Assembly (NCBI GenBank): GCA_030390025.1
Contig: CM059430.1
Location: 68,138,001 to 68,202,000, forward strand
DNA: 64,000 bases
Source: Squalus acanthias
Taxonomy: Eukaryota
Reading direction: 5' to 3'
Below the pieces are notes generated by a model. That model had not been told where the DNA came from and ran no database searches. It was given only the letters and a program-made list of their open reading frames with translations. This document shows, piece by piece, positions 36,462-46,587 of the stretch; the first letter of the stretch is position 1; each line of letters starts with the position of its first letter. The translations under genes were made by a program, and so were the position numbers.

Positions 36462-37195
36462 AAAAATGAGAAGTCGCACAACACCAGGTTATAGTCCAAC
36501 ATATTTATTTAAAATTACAAGCTTTCGGAGCTGTCGCCCCTTCCTCAGGTAAAGTTACAATGAGTGAATCTACAATATTTCACAGTATATAAACACAGAA
36601 ACTGCAGAGATACAATCTTTCAGGGAAGGTGCCCTTACATCAAAGACACTCCAAGAGCACAGCCAAGACAATGAGATGTGTCACAGGGGGTCCAACGTTT
36701 CAAATCCTGCTGTCTGCAGTTTTTTTTGTTTGTTTGGTTTTTTTTGTGTTCTTTTTTAAACTGGAAAGACAGACAACAATGTCGAGTCACGTTCTGTAGC
36801 GTGACATGAACCCGATATCCCTATTGAGGCCGTCCTCATGGGTGCAGAACTTGGCTATCAGTTTCTGCTCGATGATTTTGCGTTGTTGTGTGTCTCGAAG
36901 GCCGCCTTAGACAACGCTAACCCGCAGATCCGAGGCTGAATGTCCTTGACTGCTGAAGTGTTCCCCGACTGGGAGGTGACAATCCTGCCTGGCGATTGTT
37001 GCGCAGTGTCCGTTCATACGTTGTCTCAGTGTCTGCATGGTCTCGCCGATGTACCATGCTCTGGGGCATCCTTTCCTGCAACGGCGACAGCTCCGAAAGC
37101 TTGTAATTTTAAATAAATCTGTTGGACTATAACCTGGTGTTGTGCGACTTCTCATTTTTGTCCACCCCAGTCCAACGCCGGCATCTCCGCATCAT
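36462..37195 (-). mobile_element. 5'-truncated Penelope element (GIY-YIG endonuclease C-terminus) with inverted pseudo-LTRs, in gene A intron 2
   Basis: RKGCPRAWYIGETMQTLRQRMNGH...LPVGEHFS. Inverted terminal arms at 36462-36538 and 37083-37159. Confidence 0.85.
36515..36552 (-). ncRNA. Minimal type I hammerhead ribozyme motif in Penelope pLTR
   Basis: Minus strand reads uuac-CUGAGGA-a-ggggc gaca gcucc-GAAA-gcuu-guaa: catalytic core boxes, stem I, stem II and a palindromic minimal stem III. Confidence 0.7.
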
Positions 37196-38137
37196 GTATT
37201 ATTTCACACTTCGAAGAAATTCTCGATTCTGCTTGGTAGGATTCACAAAGCAACTTAAATTCCAGTCGTTTTATGTGTATATATTCAAATTCCACTGTTG
37301 ACTGCTATTCGTTTCATGCTAATATGTATTGCAATATTTCAGCAATATTAATCAAGACGAGCATCATCGGATTTATCCCAAGTACACAGTAATCATGTAT
37401 ACAACAAGCGTTTGAGGTTATAATTGCAGTGTCTTTTAAGGATGTGTATAATGGATAGGAGTGGGTATCATCCAATGTAAGCACCGATCTTACCCTATTT
37501 GTTGGTTTATTTTGTCTGCCTTGGTTACGGAAGGCTGACTATTTCTATTGGGATTTAGATTCGCAAATTTAGAATTTAATGATCTATATGTTAAGATCTT
37601 TGAAAGCCAAATTGCTAATGGCTAAATTCCGCACTCTGTAGCTTAACCCTCGGACCCCATATTTTAATCATCATTGCAGCCTCCAGCAAATAACATTTCG
37701 TACCGGACCTTCCTGCCATAGCCCCTCTATCTTCGGTAAATTATACTTCCTCATCAGATGTTATGCTCAACTGGATGGAATTGGTCCGCAGATGTACCGC
37801 AAAAGAAGCGACAATGAATCGGCAGCCCGATATACACCACACTCAATGTTCTTTAACATTAGAAAAGAAAATCGGCGAGCAGTAAAAGGGCGGCCTATTC
37901 GCTGCAATCCGGTTTTCGCCGGGGGAAAGCAGTTAAAATTACCGCCGATATAACGTTGACATTTATGAAGATGCCGTTTATGATGTAGGTACCAATAGCG
38001 CACAGTGAACACAAGGCCCCCACCACTACCCCAACCCGCCGCCCACATTGTGCTGTCAGGAATGGGCTGGAAAAAAGACGATGGGTTGGTAATCTTGACT
38101 GATGTCCATGTAACATTCTTTTCCTCCATTTTTCTAG

Positions 38138-38449
38138 TTCCGCCAACTCCACTGAAAATTGTCTCTCAGGAATCTGAAAAGGAATCTACTGCGTCTCTGA
38201 CTCTACTGTGCACAACATCTCCCTTTTACCCGCAGAATATCAGCTTCACTTGGTATAAGGATGGAACCAAAATTACAACAAGGATAAATAACATTAATCA
38301 ACCAAACACCGATGGACTATATGAAGCTTCCAGCCGGTTGGAAGAGACGAAAGCTGTCCAGACGGGGACCGTTTATACCTGCATGGTGTCTCACAGTACC
38401 CTCAAAATTTCAGCCACAGCCACTCACATTGTCACCTACCAGAACACAG
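38138..38449 (+). CDS. Gene A exon 3: Ig C1-set domain
   Basis: Acceptor tttttctag, donor G|GTAATA, 312 nt, phase 1/1. C1 hallmarks LLC...FYP..I.FTWYKDG...NTDGLY...S.L...YTCMVSHSTL. Confidence 0.93.
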
Positions 38450-38464
38450 GTAATATTTTAGATA

Positions 38465-39850
38465 GAATCACAGAATCTTGCAGCACACAAAGAGATTATT
38501 AGGCCCGGCGTGCCTGTGCGGGCTCTTTGAAAGAGCAGTCCAATTTAATGCCCACACCAGCTTTTTCCCCATAACTCTGCAAAGTAGTCCTCTTCCAGTA
38601 CACGTCCAATTGCCTTTTGAAAATTCCTGCGGAAACTGGTTCCACCAACCTTTCTGATAATGCGTTCTGGATCCGAACAATACTTCGTGAGAAAATAATT
38701 CTCCTTAATTCGCCTCATGTTTTTAACCAATAATTTTAAGTCTATGACTTATGGTTACCGACTCATTTTCCAGTGGAAACAGTTTCTCCCTACTTGCTCC
38801 ATCAAAGCCTCTCATAATTTTGAATTTCTTTATTAGGTATCCCCTTAATCTTCCATGCTCTACTGTGAATAATTCCAGCTTCTCCAATCTCTCTACAGAA
38901 CTGCAGGCCCTCATCACTGTTATCATCCTGCTAAACCTCCTCTTTACCCTCTCCAAGAACTTGACATCCTTCCTAAATTGTGGTGCACAGAAATGGAAAG
39001 AGAACTCCAGCTGAGGACTAGCCAGTGATTTGTCAATTATTAGCATGACTTCCTTGTTTTTGTATTCACTGCCTCTATTTACAAATTCAATCATACCATG
39101 TGCTTAATTAATCACCTTATCATCTTGCCCTTCCACCTTCAAAGATTTGTCAATATGCACCCCGGGTTCCCCTGCCTCTGTAAGCCCCATCAAAATAGAA
39201 CAATTTCGATTATACTGCCTCTCCATGTTGTTTCACCCAATGTGCACACTTCACTTGCCCGCATTAAATTGATCCTGACTTGTGTCTGCGCGTTTCACCA
39301 CTCCATCTATGTCCTGCTGAAATCTGCTAAAATCTTCCTCACTATTTACTACGTTGCCAAGTTTTGCATCATCTACAAACTTCAAAATTGTATTCCCTGT
39401 ATCCAACTCCTGGTCATTGAGGCATATCAACTAAAGCATTGGTTTTAAGATCTATCCATGGGGAACCCTACTGCATAATTCTCTCCAGTCAGAAAAGGCA
39501 TTCTTTCACCACTACACTCTACCTCCTATCACCTGGCCAATTAAGTACCCAAATTACCAACATCCTTAAAATCCTATGCGCCTCTATTGCCGAATAAGTC
39601 TATTGTGAGTTACTTTATTAAATGACTTTTTAAAGTCCATATATCTTCTCAACGACCTTCATCATACTTCTCTGTTAATTCATCAAAGAACTCAGTCAGG
39701 TTAATCAGCCATGATTTTCCTTCAACAAATCCATGTTGGTTGTCCCTTATTAAGCCATGCTTCTGCGAGTCAGAATTAATGTTGTCCTTACCAAGGGTCT
39801 CGAGTAATTTTCCCACCACTAACGTTAGACTTACTAGACTGTAGTTAATA
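38465..39850 (-). mobile_element. Degenerate CR1 fragment in gene A intron 3
   Basis: NRGSEYKNKEVML, ERVKRRFSRMI and RLRGYLI motifs; CR1 tail ends ~15 nt from the C1 donor. Confidence 0.88.
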
Positions 39851-40580
39851 GGTTAATCTATCGCAATAATCGTGCAAGTAAACGGTTTGCTGTGATCCAT
39901 CCCCCCATCATTTGTTTACTTTTACTCAGATACAATTATCCGCGGAGTTCGGCCAGGTGTTGTGCTCCATGGTCTCTGCAACTGCTGTTCGACATCTTCT
40001 GCCCCAATGGAAGTCATGGTCGAGGTGTGGAACTGACGTGTGGGACAGTATCCCGCAGTATCTCGCAGCCTGTGGTTCTAAGTCGCAACATATCGGAGCT
40101 GGACAGCTGTCTCCAGCATTCCTTAAATCGTGTTGTAATCTTCAGCAAGCTGTAAATTTAGCAAGTGCCGTCTTTAGCCCTCTTATGAAACAACAAACTA
40201 AACATGATCGAACTGAATTCAGTGGAATTAAAAATGGGGAGTAATGTAAATCTATCTGCCGATTGGCTATCGCCCATTTTACAGTAATGCACAATGTCAG
40301 AATTACCCCCTGATATCGCAGTCTTATTTCAACAAGAAACAAGGATGAAATCACAATTGAGTTTCAGCCAAGATAAAGTAAAAGTAACTATCCTTTAAGC
40401 ATGTAAAATTAAACAAAGACGAACATTTTTATTTTGTTTCATAAAATTGTACCTTAATGCAAAAAATAAATGGTAAAAATTATTTAAAATATTTTAATGT
40501 TTCTAATCTTTTAAGTCATTGTCTCATTGAATTGAACAGTGTAGGGATTCATATTGATATATTTCATCTCAATCTTGAAG

Positions 40581-40691
40581 GTGATGAGATCTTCCATTGC
40601 TTGCGGATTTCTGCAAGTGCAGGGGTCGGGTTGGTAGTCCTGGTGCTGGTTGTCATCATTGGGAAGCAATGTGTCTCAAAGAAAAATAAAG
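40581..40691 (+). CDS. Gene A exon 4: stalk and transmembrane (GDEIFHCLRISASAGVGLVVLVLVVIIGKQCVSKKNK)
   Basis: Acceptor tcttgaag, donor G|GTAAGA, 111 nt in phase. Hydrophobic run followed by basic stop-transfer residues. Confidence 0.88.
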
Positions 40692-41319
40692 GTAAGAAAT
40701 AATTTAGACTTTTACTAAAGTAAGAACAACTTTCAAAGAGAGAGTGAGCGAGAACTTCATGTTACATGTAGAGAGAATGTTAGTTGATTGCAACTAAAAG
40801 GTTCAAAGAACAGTTACTCTGTCTCACAGGAACAGGGGCGTTTGCTGAACGGGTTTTTAACTATATGGGACGCTCCACAGTCACCCCAGTCTGCTTCATT
40901 TACAAAAATTGCAGCACCTGATGTATTTAATATGGGTTTCATCACGACCGTGTAGCGATAGATTCGAATTTCTGAAATGTGGTCGAATTTTCCGAGTTAC
41001 CCCAGCCAGCGGCAGCGACTGGCACTCCGCGCGATCTTTATTGGAAAATCTCTTTTCATTGTTTGCCAATTTACGCCCATTCGGGACAAGGAACGTAGAA
41101 TTATGGGAAGTGACCCCGCGATTTTCCAATCAGGATCGCGCAGCGTCCGAAGCCCCACCGGCATCTGAAAAATCCATTGTCAAACACAGTTCGGAAACCA
41201 ACAAATCCTTAAAATGTGATATCTAGATCATTTTATACCTTACATTGAATCTACCCGAAGTGTCTTTCCAGGCTGAGTAAATGCCTCATTTTAAAGTCAT
41301 GAATTTCATTCATTACCAG

Positions 41320-41363
41320 GAGCGCAGAACGATGGCGAAAGATCCGACTATCGCGAACAGCCG
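41320..41363 (+). CDS. Gene A exon 5: short cytoplasmic exon (GAQNDGERSDYREQP)
   Basis: Acceptor ttcattcattaccag, donor CCG|GTATGT. The 44 nt convert phase 1 to phase 0, exactly what puts the ITIM exon in frame. Confidence 0.7.
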
Positions 41364-41749
41364 GTATGTGTGCATGATTCATTCTAATATATTTCAGATA
41401 TTAACATATACATAACAGTAGTAATCTATTTAAAGCAATAATTTGTCACGTTATAATCTATTGCTCTCAAGATTCATACAAAAATAGCGCAGATTGAATT
41501 CAGCGCTTATGGGAAAGATCTTCGTCAATAGGTCAGAGGCAGCTGAATTGTAAATGTCATCTGCTGATGGCGAATAAACATATTGCTTAAAAGTTACCAT
41601 CAACCGTATTTAATAATAAAGAAGTTGTTTTTTGCCTCCTGGACACAGCGGACAGTATGTTGGCGGTAGTTCATAATGCTGTGCCCATTAACTAACACTG
41701 AACTTAATCCAGAGTACGCGAGTACAAATCCTATCATTGTAGTTTGAGA

Positions 41750-42475
41750 TTTTAAGAACATCTTTCCTCAGATGAGGCGACCAAAACTGTACACAGTACT
41801 CGAGGTGTGGTCTCACCAGTGCCCTGTACAGCTGCAGCAAGGTATCCCTGTTCCTGTATTCCAACCCTTTTGCTATGAAGGCCAGCATACCGTTTGCCTT
41901 CTTGACCGCCTGTTGCACCTGCATGCTCGCCTTCAGTGACTGGTGTACAAGAACACCCAGGTCTCTCTGTACTTCCCCCTCTCCCAATTTATTGCCATTT
42001 AAATAATAATTTGCCCTCCCGTTCCTGCACCCAAGGTGGATAACTTCGCACTTGTCCACATTATAGTGCATCTGCCATTTATCCGCCCAATCACCCAGTC
42101 TGTCCAAATCGCTCTGGAGCTTCCTGGTCTCCTCCTCTGAGCCCACCCCCCCTCCTAGTTTAGTGTCGTCTGCAAATTTGGAAATGCTGCATTCGACTCC
42201 CTGATCCAGGTCATTAATATAAATTGTGAACAGCTGGGGACCCAGGACAGATCCCTGTGGTACCCCACTTGTTACTGCCTGCCATTCAGAAAATGAGCCG
42301 TTTATTCCAACTCTCTGTTTTCTATCTGACAGCCAGTTCTCTATCCACGTCAATACTTTCCCCTTTATCCCATGAGCTTCAATTTTCCATGCTAATCTTT
42401 TATGTGGGACCTTATCGAAGGCCTTTTGGAAGTCCAGGTACACCACATCTACTGGCTCTCCCCCATCTATTTTAC
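41750..42475 (-). mobile_element. Young CR1 RT fragment in gene A intron 5
   Basis: Open frame with YLDFQKAFDKVPH, GVPQGSVLGP and KFADDTK. Confidence 0.93.
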
Positions 42476-44782
42476 CAGAATTCAGGTTTCAAAATCTGTA
42501 AATAAATGATGTTATCTGAAGCTGTGGGATTGTCTTAAAACCCCAACTGGTTCACTAACATCAGTCAGGGAATGAAACCTGCCATTCTTAACCGGTCTGC
42601 ACCGTATGTGACTCCAGTCCACACCAAGGTGCGTGACTCTCAATTTCCCCCTGAAGTCTCCTCTGAATCTCACCACCAGCAACTTCTGAGGGAAAACAGG
42701 GCTCGGCAATAAACGCCGACCTTGCCAGCGATGCCCACATCTCGAGAATTAATACAAATTCCGGCACAATATCACAGGCTGGCGGTGCCAGTTTAGCGAT
42801 TTGTTGTTCCCGGAATTTTGGGTGAATTTGCGGAAATGTTAAGAAGACGTGGAGACAGGTGACGATTAAGCGGCATTCCCTTCAGTCGCCTCATTCTCCC
42901 GTCATAATATCCATCTGAATTTGGAAAACCTCCAATGTCAACGCCCAACCGTCACCTCCTTGGGCGGAATTTGCTGCTTCACCGCACAGGCCGGGAGACC
43001 AAGCAAGCACGGAGATGCTTATCGGAAAATTGAGGGTTATTTTCCCGCCATCTCCCACGTATTGAATCAATGGACAGAAAAGAGTTGGCATTAATTCGAT
43101 GTGTTCCAATATATACCGCCTGTTGCCTGTGATTACCGATCCCGGGAAGCGTCCTGCGATAATTCCAGCCCATCAAAAGAGTTATTCCAACCAAATCTGA
43201 TTCTTTCAGTGCATATGTTTTTCCTGATATCTGTTCGACATTTGTTTTCCATTTGTATCCCTAGTTCTAATTCATCTCCGTGATTGAGTCATCAGGGTCT
43301 AAATTAACGTGAAAGACAGATAGACATTGATGTAGATAGAAATATATAAATATAGATATATATATAGTTATCGATATAGATATAGATATTGTGACATTGT
43401 GGATGAATTAATAGCTGGACATAAGATTCTGTGTGCAGTCCAGAAGCTCAATGACAAGCTTTAATATAATCTCTTGTAGTCCATGTTCTGATCCTTGATT
43501 CCAGAATTCTATTCGTTGTTTACTTTTCTGGACATTGAAAGTGACCTGACTGCTGTTAACCCCAGACCCCTTTCTGTCTCATTGTGCTAATTCAATTCCA
43601 TTCATTGTATAACTACGATACACATTTACCATTATGCCTAAAGCTCAATTTTATAAAGGAGTTAAATGGTTTTACTATTTTTTTGGTGCAACGAAAGTGT
43701 AATTTCAAGTATGGAAACCTTGCCAGATGGAGGTTATTTCAACTAGACTACTCCTATCAATCGACTGCAAGGATGAACTTTGATCCCTTATTTTTCTTTA
43801 CTTTCTTAAAATGTAAATTTCGATGGATTTCCGTAACTTCGGCGGGACACCCGTGGAAGTCCCAGACAAACAACGTAAAGGGCGCGTTCAACCTATTACA
43901 CTGTTTCTATGGGGCTTCTGGTGGTCACCCAGCAAAGTGAGACCAGGAGACCGGTTGTAGCTCCGCGCATTTTGGGGGTAGATTTTCGTCTTTACCGTCT
44001 GGGCGCTAAGCAATGCATGGGTGCAGCGCAGAAAGAGAAATCTGGTGGGGAGGATCGCCCGTCCCGAGGGAATTTCTTTGCATTCGTTTCAATGGTAGGA
44101 CAATGCGCGGGTTCTGGTGCCAGCAGCGGCTCCGCAAGATTTTGCAATCCATGCTGAGCCCTGACGATGCTTCAGGTCTAGGCGGTAAAGAAGAACCCTC
44201 CTTTCACCCTCCCCCAAACTGTTCGAATATTTGTGATAATGCGACGGATTCCGCCTGCTGGGCACTGACGGCGCGGACACGGAGCACAAACAAGGAGGTT
44301 GTGGCAGCAGTGACTGATATTCCATCCGTTCATTTAATTGATGGACTCTGGACCTGCTATTTTCGGGCCTGCTTGCATCGTTCTGCGCAGGGAGCGCCCA
44401 AACGTGGTATCTGCCCTAACACCATAACAAGATATATTTTTGCCGTTCCTTCCATGCAGGGAGCTGCTGATGTGATGGCGCCTTATGCCGCATTAGATCA
44501 GAACAAGTCCGGAAAGGTCCAAGACCAAAGCATCAATAGAGGACAGTGTATGCACAGGTAAGGGCTGAGGAACAGAACAAAGAGTCACAGATTACCTGTA
44601 ATTAACGGGCATGCAGGATAGTGTAAGCAAGAACTTGAATTGTACTATGGTAATCTTTTATATTTAATTTAAATTTAAATCCTCGCTAATTCTGCGAGGC
44701 TCCAGCTATTCCAATGAATGTGCTAAAACATTAAATAACTGCAATATCGAAGTAATTATATTCCCAATAATTGATTTCACAG

Positions 44783-44950
44783 ACCAAGCAACGGGTGCCT
44801 GATAATAAGCTGACCTACGCTGCTCTAGACATGACAGGCTTCAAGAAAACATCAAAGCCTAATTTTAAGGATAAGAGCACGGAGTATGCTCAGCTACAGA
44901 TGAAAAATCAAAGAACAGACGTTATTTACACGGAACGAAAAGCCAAGTAA
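44783..44950 (+). CDS. Gene A exon 6: ITIM/ITSM-like cytoplasmic exon (TKQRVPDNKLTYAALDMTGFKKTSKPNFKDKSTEYAQLQMKNQRTDVIYTERKAK*)
   Basis: Acceptor tgatttcacag, 56 open codons to TAA at 44948-44950. LTYAAL fits the ITIM consensus (I/L/V/S)xYxx(L/V); TEYAQL is ITSM-like. Not in the ORF track. Confidence 0.88.
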   Translation, partial: TKQRVPDNKLTYAALDMTGFKKTSKPNFKDKSTEYAQLQMKNQRTDVIYTERKAK

Positions 44951-46548
44951 TATTGGCGTCCAATGCGGAACCCGTTTTATTTGTGTATAACTAACTAGAG
45001 GCTCATTAACCTAATAACAATAACAGGGAAATTAATTGCAACAATTCTAAGATGAAGGGTGGGATGCTCCAGTTTAGAAATAGTTAGCAAATAAAGGCCA
45101 GCATGGATTAAAAGCGGGGCTCCTGTCTGACCATCCCCTCCGCCTTATTTTTGAAGCTGCGGATGAAATAGATTGTAAAAACCCACTGACACGACGCCCA
45201 AGCTTTGCTCTAACAGGTCCCAGCCGTCCAAGGCCAGGCATCCGATTCGTGTACGCACTTCTTTAGATAGTTGATGTTTTGTGCTGTCTGAATACTGTGA
45301 AGCTTTGGAAAGGGTTCGATTTAGCGCGGTTTCCCGATCGGCAGATAAATCCTGAATCACAACACCGTGATCGCTCAAGTCTCAGAAACTTGAGTTTTTG
45401 AAAAAAAAATAGGAATTTGCATTTAATCTTCATGGGGTATAAATTAGTCTTGAGCGAGTGCGCAACATGGGCGCTAGAGAATAGACAACAGGTTTGCACT
45501 TGATTTTTCTTCATATTAAAGTCTGACCATAGGGATTGGAATGGGTGCAAGAAGCAAAATTAATCTCAGTGAACAGCTAATGAGTCGGATGAAAGAAAAA
45601 ATGAAACTGCCTGTATATATGCCTTTCTGAGATCTCAACTCGTCCCAATCGCTTGAAAGTCACGGAAGTACTTTACAAGTGCAGTCACTATTGTCATGTA
45701 GGGAAAATGGGACAGACAATACGCACAACAAGACCCCACAAACAGTAAATAAATTTATGATCTGATAGCTGTTTCATTGATGTTGGCTGAGGCATAAACA
45801 TTGGCCAGGAGTCCAGGAGAACTTCGCTGCTTTTCTTCAAATTGTGCCATGGTATCATTTACGATGAGAGGGCAGACGGGAATTTGATTTAACGGCTCAT
45901 TCGGAAGACGGGACCTCTGTGATTGCAGCATCCCTCAATGCTGCCCCGACATGTCAGATTAGATTATGTGCTAAAGACATTGAGTGGCGATTGAAAAACG
46001 AACCCTATGACTCAGAAAGGAGATTGCTACCGCAGAGTCAAGAGGGGCACTTGAGGAGGTCAAGCACTACTGCCTAGGAAGAAAGCAGTTAATTTAGGAA
46101 TTTACTGTCATCTATAAAACATTAAATAGTACAGATAAGGTGAATGCAGAATTTAAAAAAAGTAAATCCCGGAAGTAGTACAGGAGGACAAAACAACTGA
46201 GTAAGAAATAGTTTTTTTTTAAAGGTATTAGAACGTGTTTATATTTTACTCAGAGGCTTGAATACTTCTTCAAACGGGCTACAGAACCAAAATTGTTAGT
46301 TGTGTTGTAAATGTTTCTGGACGCTCTAAAAGGAGAGCTGGGTACTGGGCGACGAGCTTCAGTGGGTCGACTGGTCTTTACTGGGCCTTGACTTTTATTA
46401 TGTTGTTACTATTCATTTAGTTGTAATCTACTTTCCAGTGTATCACTGTTATTCGAGAGTTAACAGAATGCCCAGACGAAAAAGGATTAACATAATAGAA
46501 TATGGATATTGTATTTTGCCTTTCTTGTTTTACTGATTTGTATTCTGT

Positions 46549-46587
46549 AATAAATCTACTTCTAAGATTGTGTTCTGGTAAAATAAA
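46549..46587 (+). terminator. Candidate polyadenylation signals of gene A (AATAAA at 46549 and 46582; another at 45090)
   Basis: Two AATAAA hexamers after a T-rich tract downstream of the stop codon. Usage unknown. Confidence 0.35.

Noticed and set aside
16561-38449. Rearranging Ig or TCR locus
   Set aside because: The J-like G strand is contiguous with V in one exon and is followed directly by a splice donor. I saw no heptamer/nonamer RSS or separate D/J segments, and the TM and tails do not match TCR or Ig chains.
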